A DNA stretch of 56,086 bases from an uncultured Rikenellaceae bacterium. Lineage in GTDB: Bacteria; Bacteroidota; Bacteroidia; Bacteroidales; VadinHA17. Position 1 is the stretch's first letter; each line of letters begins with the position of its first letter. The notes beneath the pieces were generated by a model. The model worked only from the letters and a program-made list of their open reading frames with translations. It did not search any database and had not been told where the DNA came from. Location of the stretch: positions 2,834 through 58,919 of the forward strand of contig CAZTES010000003.1 in assembly GCA_964612275.1 (NCBI GenBank). The letters are read 5' to 3'. The translations under genes and the position numbers were made by a program. Shown here in pieces: positions 36,960 through 47,656 of this stretch.

Positions 36960-38585
36960 ATGGTACGCATTACTACATGGATATTCAACATCATCCTGCT
37001 CTTTTCTGGGTCCTGCAGGAACGAGCCGGTGGAATCGGAGCAGGATCAACCCAATATTCTATGGATTGTCTGCGAAGACCAGTGGAGTGATTTTTTCCCG
37101 ATGTACGGAGACTCAACGGTTAGCCTGCCTACACTGGAGAGAATTGCTGGCGAAGGAATCGTTTTTGAAAACGCGTTTGCCACTGTTCCGGTCTGTGCCC
37201 CGTCCAGAAGTGCCCTCATTACCGGGATGTATCCCACCACCCTGGGAACACACAATATGAGGACATACAACGGGTACAGTCCGGTAAATCAACCTTCTAT
37301 TGGTATTCCAAGTTATTCGCCGGTGGTTCCTGACAACGTTCGTTGCTTTACCGAATACCTCCGGATAGCAGGTTATTATTGTACGAACAATGCCAAAGAG
37401 GACTACAACTTCAAAACACCTGTTTCAGCATGGGATAAAAGTGGGAGGGATGCCCACTGGAGAAATAGGGCAGAAGGTCAGCCCTTTTTTGCAGTGTTTA
37501 ATTTTAATGTTACCCATGAATCAAGAATCTGGGTGAATGGAGACAGTGCCCTGCTGGTGGAACCGGAGAAGATCAGTATACCGCCATTTTTCCCGGATGA
37601 TTCAGTTATCCGACACGATCTGGCGGTTAATTACAGCAACCTTATACGTCTCGACAAACAGATTGCACAACTGATTCAGCAATTAAAAGAAGATGGATTG
37701 TATGATGAAACGATCATTTTTTTCTATAGTGATAATGGCGGTCCTTTCCCACGGTTTAAGAGAGCCCTTTATGAGACAGGGATCAAGATCCCCCTTCTTG
37801 TTCGTTTTCCTGCTTCTGCTGGGGAGTCCGGACGAAGTGAAGAACTCGTCAGTTTCATCGATTATGCCCCCACCGTTTTATCCCTCGCCGGAATAGAACC
37901 ACCTGGTCACATGCAGGGACAGGCATTTCTGGGCGAATTTAAAGCAGAAAAGGAAAAACAGCATGTTTTTACATCCGCTGACCGGTTTGATGAAACATAC
38001 GACAGGGTGAGAGCGGTTCGTTCTCAAAGATTTAAATACATCCGGAATTTCAATACAGGGCTTCCCTATGCTATCCCAAACTCCTACCGCATGAACATGC
38101 CCATGATGCTAAGGCTCATTGATCTGGATGAGAAGAATCAACTAGATTCCGTATCTGCACTCTGGATGGCAGATACCAAACCGGAAGAAGAATTGTATGA
38201 CCTGATGACAGATCCTTATGAAATCAACAACCTGGCAGGGAATGAGCAATATCGTGACACCCTTCTGTTCATGCGGAAAAAGCTGGATAATTGGATAGCA
38301 GAGACCAATGATCTCGGGCGGTTCGATGAGAAGAAGTTGATCAGCAGATGGTTTGTTGACGGAAAACAGCCGGTTTTAGCCAGCCCGGGATTCAATCTGT
38401 CTGAGAATGGATTAACCATTACATCAGACATTCCCGATGCTACCCTGGTTTGGAAACGACCGTCTGAAGACAAATGGACTATTTACAGTGACCCTGTACA
38501 CTATTCAGCCAATGATACCATTGAAGCAAAAGCAATCCGGATCGGTTACACTGACAGTAAGGTGTATTTGTTTGTTGGGAAGTAG
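36960..38585 (+). CDS. Cys-type S1 sulfatase lipoprotein
   Basis: Lipobox SGSC; PNILWIVCED, CAPSRSALITG, KEDYN, SDNG, EELYDLMTDPYE. Confidence 0.92.
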   Translation: MVRITTWIFNIILLFSGSCRNEPVESEQDQPNILWIVCEDQWSDFFPMYGDSTVSLPTLERIAGEGIVFENAFATVPVCAPSRSALITGMYPTTLGTHNMRTYNGYSPVNQPSIGIPSYSPVVPDNVRCFTEYLRIAGYYCTNNAKEDYNFKTPVSAWDKSGRDAHWRNRAEGQPFFAVFNFNVTHESRIWVNGDSALLVEPEKISIPPFFPDDSVIRHDLAVNYSNLIRLDKQIAQLIQQLKEDGLYDETIIFFYSDNGGPFPRFKRALYETGIKIPLLVRFPASAGESGRSEELVSFIDYAPTVLSLAGIEPPGHMQGQAFLGEFKAEKEKQHVFTSADRFDETYDRVRAVRSQRFKYIRNFNTGLPYAIPNSYRMNMPMMLRLIDLDEKNQLDSVSALWMADTKPEEELYDLMTDPYEINNLAGNEQYRDTLLFMRKKLDNWIAETNDLGRFDEKKLISRWFVDGKQPVLASPGFNLSENGLTITSDIPDATLVWKRPSEDKWTIYSDPVHYSANDTIEAKAIRIGYTDSKVYLFVGK

Positions 38586-38910
38586 AAGGCTGAGGAGGAG
38601 GCAGAGGAGACTTTGAGACGAAGAAACTGAGAGACTAAGTGAGGGGGAGGTGAGTTGTGAGTTCCGCCGTCGCTAAAGCTTTGGCGGACAAGGATGAGAA
38701 GTGAGTGGTGAGTTTGTAAACTGGTGCTTGGTTAAGAGGAAGAGACGATGAGACTGTGAGAGGGGGAGAAGTGTTGTTTCATATGGTTTCAGATGGTTCA
38801 ATGTCGTTTCAATGGGTTCTCGGTCCTCGGTGCTCGGTGCTCTGTAACGAGTGACAAGTAACAGGTAACGAGAAAAGAAAGAGGTGAGTGGAGAGCTGAA
38901 AGTTACAGGT
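38586..38910 (+). repeat. Long patchwork of short tandem repeats containing one hairpin insertion
   Basis: Blocks of GAGACTRA octamers, GTGAGTK heptamers (interrupted by TCCGCC...GGCGGA CAAG at 38663-38692), GTTTCARNG-like 9/10-mers, CTCGGTS heptamers and GTAACRR heptamers. Confidence 0.8.
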
Positions 38911-39017
38911 ATCCCTTTGGGATAAATTATTAATATACAATGAAATACACAAATCTGCTTCCTTGTTTCTTAAGGAAAGACACGCGAGAATGTTAAGCAG
39001 ATTTGTGAATTACAGCG

Positions 39018-39082
39018 ATCCCGCCATAGGTGGGAGAGCGCCTGCCTGCCGATAGGCAGGAGTTACATTGAGCGGAGCGAAA
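39018..39082. repeat. Cluster of mini-hairpin/REP-like elements
   Basis: ATCCCGCC ATA GGTGGGA; CCTG CCTGCC GATA GGCAGG; ACATTGAGCGGAGCGAAAT. Confidence 0.6.
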
Positions 39083-39162
39083 TAATAATATTTTTTCCAA
39101 TTACCCACAGAAGTATTACTTTTATTTGTGAAACGAATATGAATCCAACCTAAAACCTAACG

Positions 39163-42100
39163 ATGAAACCACTTTGCCTGTTAATCACTTTAAGCTTTTT
39201 TACATTTGTTTCCTTTGCACAGGATTTTCAGTTGATAAACTCCGGTGAATTGCTTAAGAAGGCTATTGCGTTGCACGACGAAGGGAAGTATGAGGAGGCA
39301 TTGGAACAATACAGACAGATAACCCGGAATGACACCAACTACCTGCATGCGCTATCTGAAATGGCGACCACCTACCTTGCCATGGAGGAATATGATTCTG
39401 TGATATCCATCTGCCAGAATGGATTAAAGGAACACTCAGAAGTGGATTACATGTTCTTTAATTTATTGGGTACAGCTTATGATGACACTAAACAACCGGA
39501 AAAGTCGCTGGAAATTTATTTGAAAGGCGTTGAGGAATATCCGGCTAACTCCCTGCTTCACTTCAACCTTGGGATTACACTGCTGGGTTTGGGCAGGCAG
39601 GATGAAGCCATTGAATACCTGAAAAAAGCAATTGATCTGGACATCTATCATACTTCCAGTCATTATTATCTTGGGAAAACGCTGGCTGATCAGGGACGTT
39701 TTGCACCTGCGTTCATTACCCTCAGCATGTTCGTCCTTCTTGAAAATAACGGACAGCGCTCCGTTGAAATAATCAAAATGCTCCAATCGATCTCTTCCGG
39801 TGGTATGGATCAACCTGAAGTCTCTTACCCCGAAGACCAGATATTCAGTGAACTTGACTTGATCCTCAGATCCGGGATCGCACTGAATAAGGAGTATAAG
39901 ACTGAGGTGAAAGAAAATGACTCCTATGTAAAACAACTGCAGGTCATGTGTGAGAAAATGCCTGAAGAACAAATTACGGATAACTTCTGGATGATCAACT
40001 ATTCACCTTATTTCAGGAATTTGCCCGAAAGTGATTACCTGCCGTTTCATACCTATTTCGTCTTCACCTCATTGAACAACGATAAAGTGAACAAATGGCT
40101 CGAAAAGAATCAATCGAAGCGATCCGATTTTGTTTCCTGGGCAGAGTACCAGTTGAATGATACCCGCAGTAATAAGGTTATTACTTCAGGTGGTAAAATC
40201 GAACTGGTCTCCTGTTTGTTCTATAATAACGGTAACCTTGAAGGCATTGGTAAAATGGGAACAAGTGGAACCGGTGAGGATATTATGATCGGTCCATGGA
40301 CCTTTTATTATTCAACCGGTAATATTCAGGCTGGGGGAATGTATAATTCTGCAGGGCAGCGTATAGGTGATTGGATGTGGTATTATGCTGACGGGACATT
40401 AAAGGAAATTGTATACTATGAAGAGGATATCATCCAGCGCAATAACCTGCAGTATCACTCCAATGGTCAATTACATTACGAAATTCCTTATTTAAATAGT
40501 GCGATTGACGGTTTGGCTATCGAGTTCAGCACCACAGGTACACTGATTTATGAGGGAGAGTATGAAAAGGGTCAAAACCAGGGCTATGAAAAATATTATT
40601 ACCTGAATGGTAAAATTAAATATCACTATTTCTATGAAAACGGTCAGGGAGATTCTATTACAAGAGAATATTATCCGGATGGAAGTTTGAAACGGGAGTT
40701 CTTCCTGAAAAATGGAGAGTTGAATGGTTTGGATAAGGATTATTACGAAAATGGAAAGTTGAAATCAGTTGGGGAGTTTACCAATGGCATACAAACCGGA
40801 CCTTGGAAATGGTACTATGAAAGCGGCAACATTCAGAATGAAGGAGAACTTGATAATGGTGCATTTACCGGTATTTATAAATCCTATTATTCCACGGGAA
40901 AGCTGGAGGAGGAAGTACGTTATTCTGATGGGAAATTGAATGGAAAAGCATCGAAATGGGATAGGAAAGGAAACCTGCTGGCAAACTATACATACCTTGA
41001 TGATAACCTGATTGAATATACAAATTTTACTCCGCAAGGAGAGATAATATCGACCGGAAAAGAAGAGGATGGAGTTGTCGAATTTGTATCTTTTTTTCCA
41101 GAAGGAATGAAAGAGACAGAGGGTGAACTGGTAAATGGGAAACGAGATGGAGTCTGGAAAACATATTACCGCAATGGAAATGTCGATGAAGAAACAACCT
41201 ATCAGGATGGGAAATTAAACGGACCCGTTAAGTCATATTATAAGAATGGAAACCTCTTTGCAGAATATACCCTCAGAGATGATGCATTTGATGGTTTTTA
41301 CAAATCATACCAGAAGAATGGGAACGTTTACTCCATGGGATGGTATCAGGTGGATCAGTTCCAGGGAGATTGGTTTATCTATTCAGCCGATGGAAAATTA
41401 TCACACCGTGGATACTATCTGAACGATAAACCATACGGATACCAGGTTTACTACCATCCGGATGGGAAGTTACATTATGAGGAAAAATATGAAGACGGTT
41501 TAATTCATTGCATTATACTATATGATACCACAGGATTGGCTGTTCAGAAAACAGAACTTGAAAAGGGAAATGGTGACTTAACGCTACTGAATGCTATCAA
41601 TAATCAACCCGTGATAACCGGGGAATACAAGAATGGTTTACTGGAAGGGGAGGTTGTAAGATACCTTTCCCAAAAAAAGGTCCAGAACAGAGACCACTTC
41701 ATGCTTGGACTTAAAAATGGACCTTCAGAAAAGTACACCATGGATGGAAAGTTGAAGGAAAAAGGGTCTTATCTCAATGGAGAACAACACGGGGAATGGT
41801 CGTATTACCATGATAATGGGCAATTATCCACTACTGGAGTGTATCAACGAGATAATAGGATAGGAGATTGGAAATGGTTCTATGATACAGGTGAGTTACG
41901 CAGAACAGGGAGCTACTACAATGGTTTCCGGGATGGGGAATGGAACCTGTATGCTCCATCCGGTGAATTGATCTACAGACTCTATTATGATGAAGGTGAT
42001 ATTCTTTTTTATGCATATCTGGATGACTCTGGTAATGAAATCAAAATACCCCTCCCTCAGGAGTCCGGTAAAATCACATGCTACTATCCGTCCGGCTCAA

Positions 42101-42435
42101 AATCAGCAGTCTTTGAACTGAAATTCGGATTGCGGGAAGGACCGTACGAAGAGTATTATCCTGACGGGAATTTGATGTTCCAGGATTACTTTGTGGCCGA
42201 CCAGCGTCATGGTATTTCAAAGGAGTTCCATCCCAAGGGCACTTCAAAACGGGTTGAAACGTATTATTATGGTAGCCTGAATGGAGAAACCATTCTTTAT
42301 GATGAAAACGGGAATATACAACGTGTAGAACATTACCTTCTCGATGCCAAACATGGAGATTGGACCGATTACCGGAACGGATCGGTACTCTCTGCTAAAA
42401 AGTTTATGTATGATTACCTTGTTTCGGAAGAATAA
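39163..42435 (+). CDS. Secreted TPR + MORN-variant (YwqK-like) repeat protein, 1090 aa
   Basis: Signal peptide; N-terminal TPRs (GKYEEALEQY, LHFNLGITLLGLGRQDEAIEYLKKAI); many G-x-W/Y-x-x-Y-Y-x-N-G repeats. Confidence 0.88.
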   Translation: MKPLCLLITLSFFTFVSFAQDFQLINSGELLKKAIALHDEGKYEEALEQYRQITRNDTNYLHALSEMATTYLAMEEYDSVISICQNGLKEHSEVDYMFFNLLGTAYDDTKQPEKSLEIYLKGVEEYPANSLLHFNLGITLLGLGRQDEAIEYLKKAIDLDIYHTSSHYYLGKTLADQGRFAPAFITLSMFVLLENNGQRSVEIIKMLQSISSGGMDQPEVSYPEDQIFSELDLILRSGIALNKEYKTEVKENDSYVKQLQVMCEKMPEEQITDNFWMINYSPYFRNLPESDYLPFHTYFVFTSLNNDKVNKWLEKNQSKRSDFVSWAEYQLNDTRSNKVITSGGKIELVSCLFYNNGNLEGIGKMGTSGTGEDIMIGPWTFYYSTGNIQAGGMYNSAGQRIGDWMWYYADGTLKEIVYYEEDIIQRNNLQYHSNGQLHYEIPYLNSAIDGLAIEFSTTGTLIYEGEYEKGQNQGYEKYYYLNGKIKYHYFYENGQGDSITREYYPDGSLKREFFLKNGELNGLDKDYYENGKLKSVGEFTNGIQTGPWKWYYESGNIQNEGELDNGAFTGIYKSYYSTGKLEEEVRYSDGKLNGKASKWDRKGNLLANYTYLDDNLIEYTNFTPQGEIISTGKEEDGVVEFVSFFPEGMKETEGELVNGKRDGVWKTYYRNGNVDEETTYQDGKLNGPVKSYYKNGNLFAEYTLRDDAFDGFYKSYQKNGNVYSMGWYQVDQFQGDWFIYSADGKLSHRGYYLNDKPYGYQVYYHPDGKLHYEEKYEDGLIHCIILYDTTGLAVQKTELEKGNGDLTLLNAINNQPVITGEYKNGLLEGEVVRYLSQKKVQNRDHFMLGLKNGPSEKYTMDGKLKEKGSYLNGEQHGEWSYYHDNGQLSTTGVYQRDNRIGDWKWFYDTGELRRTGSYYNGFRDGEWNLYAPSGELIYRLYYDEGDILFYAYLDDSGNEIKIPLPQESGKITCYYPSGSKSAVFELKFGLREGPYEEYYPDGNLMFQDYFVADQRHGISKEFHPKGTSKRVETYYYGSLNGETILYDENGNIQRVEHYLLDAKHGDWTDYRNGSVLSAKKFMYDYLVSEE

Positions 42436-44353
42436 GAGATGGGAAGCATGCCTGACCCTCTTTTGGCTTAGCCTGGTGATTGCAACATCACAAACGAGTA
42501 CACTTATTGAAGAGTACCGTCTTCGTTTCCCCGATGATTTTGCCATTGTAATGAATGAAGAAACAAGCATACTGATTACCCTTGAGAACTCCAATCTTTC
42601 GATTAAAAAGAACTACAACAAAGAGACATTTTACTATTCCGATCCTCCGGAAGGTAGTTCTGATGAGGTACTGTTTACCAATTCATTTAATCCCTTAACG
42701 GATCTCAAAGCCTATTTCTATCAGTCAGAGAGTGGTCGTTTTAAAAGGAGCACCGTGGATAATATCTTTGAAAAGGATGATTATGGAGACAACATTTTTT
42801 TTGACGACCGTAAAAGAATTGAAATCATATTTCCCAAAGTATCCTCGGGGACAAAAACTTCCGTACACTATAGCAAAGATATACTCGAACCTCACTTCCT
42901 GGGTAGCCACTTTTTTTCTTCCTATTTTCCCGTCGAACTGAGTGAGTTCGAGGTGATCTATCCTGAAAAAGTGAAACTGGGCTATAAGGTGTTTAATGAT
43001 CCGAACGGGAAAATCAAGATTACAGAAAAAAAATCGGGGAAAAAGCAGGTTTTAAATTGCATTGCCACTGATCTGGAAGCATTTGATTATCGGGACAATG
43101 ATTTTACAATCAATTATTTCGAACCACATATTGTTGTCTATATCAATCATTATATTGCCGGTGAGGATACCATCCAATTTCTCTCTGATTTGTCGGATCT
43201 CCACAGATGGTATTATACCTTCATAGAGGATGTATCGGGAAAGTACCATAAAGAACTCCAACAATTTACTGATTCGTTAACAGAAGGGATAGAATCAGAG
43301 TTGGGAAAGGCAAAAGCACTTTATTACTGGATTCAGGACAACATCAAATACATCGCATTTGAGGATGGGTATTCCGGATTTATACCACGCCCCTCTGTTC
43401 TCGTCTATAACCGGAGATACGGAGATTGCAAAGATAAAGCCAATCTTTGTTGTGATCTGCTAAATTATGCCGGGATTGAAGCCTACCTGACCTGGGTAGG
43501 AACACGCGGTATCCCATACCGGTATAAGGATATTCATGCACCGATTGTGGATGATCATCTGATCGTATCAGCCATTATTGATGATGGTTATTATTTTCTC
43601 GATCCAACGGGTAACTTTCTGCCGATCGACTACCCTTCATCCTTTATTCAAGGAAAGGAGTGCCTTGTAAGCAAAAGCCGGGAGGATTTTGAAATCGTAG
43701 AAGTTCCTGTAATGAAAATGGATGAAAGTGTTTTTACCGATACATCCAGGTTGACCGTCATAGGGAACGATTTGCACGGTGAATCGCATGTGACCCTTAC
43801 AGGCTATTATAAAACAGAATTTGCCCCATTGGTCCGTCATCGAACCCCTGAAAAACTGAAAGAACTTGTTGATTCCAGGTTTGAGAGGGGGAACAATAAG
43901 TTTACTGTGAAAGAATGCGCCTACCGGGGATTGGAAGACAGAGACAAAGATTTCCATGTTTCCTATTCTTTTGTACTGCCTGAATACTCAAGACGGATTG
44001 GTGATGATATGTACATCAACCTGAATCTGGACAGATTGTTCTTCGACCAGAAAATAGAACTGGATGTAAAGCGAACAGATAAAAAGTTTGATTATCGCTA
44101 TACGAAAATACATCATCTCTATTTTGACATCCCCCGGAATTGCGAAATTACATCGTTGCCCGGTAATTCACAGTACCTGCACCCCTGTTTCGGATACGAG
44201 ATAAAATATACAATGGAAGGGAAGAAGATACATCTTGTCTCAAAATTTTATATCAATTCGATCCGGATGGGAGTAAATGATTTTTCGGAATGGAATACGA
44301 TGATCGATAACCTGAACAAAGCCTATAGCCAAACAATCGCAATAACCAACTGA
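42410..44353 (+). CDS. DUF3857 + transglutaminase-like domain protein with intact Cys-His-Asp triad
   Basis: WIQDNIKYIAFEDG, YGDCKDKA (Cys), DDHLIV (His), FLDPT (Asp). Start at 42410 is inferred and overlaps the upstream gene. Confidence 0.88.
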   Translation: MITLFRKNKRWEACLTLFWLSLVIATSQTSTLIEEYRLRFPDDFAIVMNEETSILITLENSNLSIKKNYNKETFYYSDPPEGSSDEVLFTNSFNPLTDLKAYFYQSESGRFKRSTVDNIFEKDDYGDNIFFDDRKRIEIIFPKVSSGTKTSVHYSKDILEPHFLGSHFFSSYFPVELSEFEVIYPEKVKLGYKVFNDPNGKIKITEKKSGKKQVLNCIATDLEAFDYRDNDFTINYFEPHIVVYINHYIAGEDTIQFLSDLSDLHRWYYTFIEDVSGKYHKELQQFTDSLTEGIESELGKAKALYYWIQDNIKYIAFEDGYSGFIPRPSVLVYNRRYGDCKDKANLCCDLLNYAGIEAYLTWVGTRGIPYRYKDIHAPIVDDHLIVSAIIDDGYYFLDPTGNFLPIDYPSSFIQGKECLVSKSREDFEIVEVPVMKMDESVFTDTSRLTVIGNDLHGESHVTLTGYYKTEFAPLVRHRTPEKLKELVDSRFERGNNKFTVKECAYRGLEDRDKDFHVSYSFVLPEYSRRIGDDMYINLNLDRLFFDQKIELDVKRTDKKFDYRYTKIHHLYFDIPRNCEITSLPGNSQYLHPCFGYEIKYTMEGKKIHLVSKFYINSIRMGVNDFSEWNTMIDNLNKAYSQTIAITN

Positions 44354-44358
44354 TTACA

Positions 44359-46359
44359 ATGAAAAAACTGATTCTGATATTTGTTTTTCCCGTTTGCCTG
44401 TATAGCCAGGATATTCAATATAAATATGCTGCCTGGGATGCTGACTTTTCTTATCCGGAACTTTCTGCTGCAGAACTCGTAGAGTCATTTATCATCCTCA
44501 AAGATCATAGAGTAAAGGAATATATATTCGATGATAGTGAAGATCTGACACAATTCGAAACGATTCACAAGCTGGTTCTTGTCAATTCGGACAATGCTGT
44601 GAACCGGTTTAACAAATACCGTATCCCACTTACCAATACAAAACGACTGGTTGAATTCAGAGCAAGAACGATTAAACCGGACGGAACTGTAATTGAAGTG
44701 GAAGAGTCGGCTATGAAATCCATTGAGGATTATGATGAGTCGGGACCATACAGAATTTTTACTTTCGAAGGGGTTGAAAAAGAAGATGTGGTGGAAGTAT
44801 TCTATACCGTGGAGAAAAATCTTCGTCTTTATGGCCGGTATACTTTCCAGACATCAGGTATTGTAAAAACGGCTAAACTGGAAATCATCTCTCCATCGAA
44901 CCTAATTTTCGCCGTAAAAGGATACAATACAAATTTCAATATTACCGATACCGTTATCCAGGATAAGAACTATGTTATCGTGCTGAAAGATTCAATTCCT
45001 GCCCTGTTTGAGGAAAAATATGCCTATTATAGTGCTAACCAGGCAAGGGTCGAATACATTTTTCATGAAAACACAAACATTAAAACTACCAGTTACCATA
45101 CCTGGACAAATGCAGCACAACTGTATTACGAGGCAGTATATGGTTTGGATAAAAAGGTTGAAAAAACGATAAAAAAATTCCTAGCCAAACTGCATTTGAA
45201 AAACCTTTCTGAAGAGGAGAAGATAGAGACCATTGAACGGTATATTAAAACAAATTTTGAGATAAAATCCATTGAGGGTATTGAAAACGGTGATGAGATT
45301 GAAACCATTCTTGAAAATAAATACTCTTCGGAACTTGGAATAACACGGCTGTTCGCAAACCTGTTCAAGGTCGAAGGGATAGATCATCAACTCGGGATCA
45401 CACATGACAAAACAAGTCAGCGATTTGATAAGGATTTCATGACATGGAACTATCTTACCTGTTACCTGTTTTACTTTCCCGGAGCCGATAAATTCCTTTC
45501 GCCTACTTCTTTTGAGTACCGCTATGGGACGGTTCCTGGTATAAACTCCTCCATTTATGGTATGTTCATAAAGGAAGTCCAAATTGGTGACTATGTAACA
45601 GGAGTACAGGTTTTCAGATATATACCCCCTTTGTTCTATAGAGATAACATCACAAACCTTGAATTAGAAGTAACCTTTCCTGAAGATATCAGTTATGCAA
45701 TAGTGGATATGAAACACATTTATGGTGGTGAGGCAGCTATTCCGCTGAAACCCTATTTTGAATTCTTACCTGAAAGGGATAAAGAAGCCATTATGGAACA
45801 GTTTATCAAAGCGATCGGAGAGGATGTTGAAATTCAGGAAAAAGCGGTTTACAACACAAACCTGGATACATCGGCAATTGCGAAACCACTGACAGTTGCA
45901 GCTACCTTAATCTATCGATCCGCTGTTGAGAAAGCCGGAGAAAACTTTATCTTCAATATCGGCAAGTTGATCGGGGAACAGGTTGAATTATATCAGAAAC
46001 ATACCCGGCAACAAATTATCGATATTGAATTTGCCCATGAACTCGAAAGAACGATCCGTTTTACCATTCCACCGGGTTATGTAGTGAAAGGATTGGAAAA
46101 CCTTGAAATCAACATTGAATACAGCACCGATAATGAAAAATCAATGGGTTTTATTTCAAGCTACAAGGTTGATGGGGACACAGTGGATGTTCATATATAT
46201 GAATATTACACCAGAACAGTTTATCCGCTGGAGCAGTATGAGGAGTTCAGGGAAGTGATCAATGCAGCAGCCGATTTTAACAAAATCTCCCTTCTGTTTG
46301 AAAACAAATTGAATGTTTTGCAAGCCAGACCTTCAATACTTACTTTATTATTTCAGTAA
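44359..46359 (+). CDS. DUF3857/transglutaminase-like paralogue lacking the catalytic Cys
   Basis: DUF3857-like N-terminus (RARTIKPDG, GVEKEDVVE). The catalytic region reads KYSSELGITRLF; C-terminal GKLIGEQVELY...IPPGY...Y..FREVINAAADFNK. Confidence 0.8.
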   Translation: MKKLILIFVFPVCLYSQDIQYKYAAWDADFSYPELSAAELVESFIILKDHRVKEYIFDDSEDLTQFETIHKLVLVNSDNAVNRFNKYRIPLTNTKRLVEFRARTIKPDGTVIEVEESAMKSIEDYDESGPYRIFTFEGVEKEDVVEVFYTVEKNLRLYGRYTFQTSGIVKTAKLEIISPSNLIFAVKGYNTNFNITDTVIQDKNYVIVLKDSIPALFEEKYAYYSANQARVEYIFHENTNIKTTSYHTWTNAAQLYYEAVYGLDKKVEKTIKKFLAKLHLKNLSEEEKIETIERYIKTNFEIKSIEGIENGDEIETILENKYSSELGITRLFANLFKVEGIDHQLGITHDKTSQRFDKDFMTWNYLTCYLFYFPGADKFLSPTSFEYRYGTVPGINSSIYGMFIKEVQIGDYVTGVQVFRYIPPLFYRDNITNLELEVTFPEDISYAIVDMKHIYGGEAAIPLKPYFEFLPERDKEAIMEQFIKAIGEDVEIQEKAVYNTNLDTSAIAKPLTVAATLIYRSAVEKAGENFIFNIGKLIGEQVELYQKHTRQQIIDIEFAHELERTIRFTIPPGYVVKGLENLEINIEYSTDNEKSMGFISSYKVDGDTVDVHIYEYYTRTVYPLEQYEEFREVINAAADFNKISLLFENKLNVLQARPSILTLLFQ

Positions 46360-47626
46360 AAAATAGTGTCATTAGCTGCATGTAATCGACGAACTCGGTC
46401 AGGGGCAATGTTTCATATTTATCGTAGATGTCGTGGTAGGCTTGTATCCCTCCCTGTGTATAAATAAAGAAACAGGGAACACCTTTCTTATGAAACATGC
46501 AATGATCGCTATTGCAGGCAGCCCCACGGATATCCACTTTCGGCAACAAGGTATGCTTATCATTCAGCCTTGTTATCATATTAAACGCTTTCCTGTGAAC
46601 ACTTCCGTTAACTATCCGGACACCTTCCTCACCGGTACCTGCAAGATCAAAATTGACGAGAAACTTAATCCGTTCCAGGTCAAACAATGGATGTTCGGTG
46701 AAATAGCTCGCACCTAAAAGACCGAGCTCCTCGGCTCCTGTGGCAATAAAAACAATTGAATAATCATGAGGATGATGGCTGTAATGCGTCGCCAGATTGA
46801 GTAACATGGCAATTCCGCTTGAATTGTCATTGGCTCCCGGGAAATAGGTGTCACGCCCCATTTTCCCTAAATGATCATAGTGAGCCGTAATAACCAGGAA
46901 TGAATGAGGTTGGTTTTTCCCCGGTATGAATCCTATCAGGTTCTGTGTTTTGCAGTTTTCTATCATCCTGGCATCAACAGCGACCTCGATCTCATCGACA
47001 TCATTCAGGTCCATATCATGATTCACGGTGAAAGAAGTTTTTTCTGATTGCATGGTACCAATGCCCCATGTCAGCTTATTAGAAGTCATGATGATTACCC
47101 CGGATACGGGGGATTGTGGACTGTATTTTAAAAAGTTTATAAGATCATTCAGGTTTTGCTCCTCTTCCTTATCTCCCGGCTGGTATTCCCTTTCGTCAAT
47201 GATCAGGAATTGATCATCTATCGACCGGATAACGGGAAATACAACCTGTTCATCCATCATTTTTGCTTTTTCCAGGATTATGACTCCAAATTTTCCTTTA
47301 ACCGGTCCTGAAAAGGGGTCAATAAGAAAATCTTTCCCGGGCGTTAACTTCACCCCACCGATCTTCAGCATCATCTTTTTTGGGAAAGTGTTTACATTAA
47401 CAGCAAAATACTGTTCATAACCCTCTTCGAAGGATAACAATCCGATTTCCTGAAATTGAGAAAGAATGAAATCAGCAGCAATCCTGTTTCCATTTTCCAC
47501 ATATCCCCTCCCTTTGAATTCGGGGGATGCAAGGATACGGATAATCTCTTTTGCATAGTCGATATCCTGTCCTTGGACGGAGAGTTTTAATATGAGAAGA
47601 GCAATAAAAAATAATTTCTTTTTCAT
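46340..47626 (-). CDS. M28-family aminopeptidase
   Basis: LASPEFKGRG, TAHYDHLG, GANDNSSG, GAEELGLLG, NFDLAG, SDH, YHD. Confidence 0.92.
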   Translation of the reverse strand: MKKKLFFIALLILKLSVQGQDIDYAKEIIRILASPEFKGRGYVENGNRIAADFILSQFQEIGLLSFEEGYEQYFAVNVNTFPKKMMLKIGGVKLTPGKDFLIDPFSGPVKGKFGVIILEKAKMMDEQVVFPVIRSIDDQFLIIDEREYQPGDKEEEQNLNDLINFLKYSPQSPVSGVIIMTSNKLTWGIGTMQSEKTSFTVNHDMDLNDVDEIEVAVDARMIENCKTQNLIGFIPGKNQPHSFLVITAHYDHLGKMGRDTYFPGANDNSSGIAMLLNLATHYSHHPHDYSIVFIATGAEELGLLGASYFTEHPLFDLERIKFLVNFDLAGTGEEGVRIVNGSVHRKAFNMITRLNDKHTLLPKVDIRGAACNSDHCMFHKKGVPCFFIYTQGGIQAYHDIYDKYETLPLTEFVDYMQLMTLFFTEIIK

Positions 47627-47656
47627 TCTTATCTCAACTAATAATTGCAATCTGCG

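Noticed and set aside
39163-42435. YwqK antitoxin of a toxin-antitoxin or polymorphic toxin system
   Set aside because: The similarity reflects generic MORN-variant repeats. The protein is large and exported, and has no adjacent toxin.
46340-46359. 20-nt convergent overlap between the DUF3857 paralogue and the M28 gene
   Set aside because: Short 3' overlaps are common, and this one probably reflects stop-codon drift.
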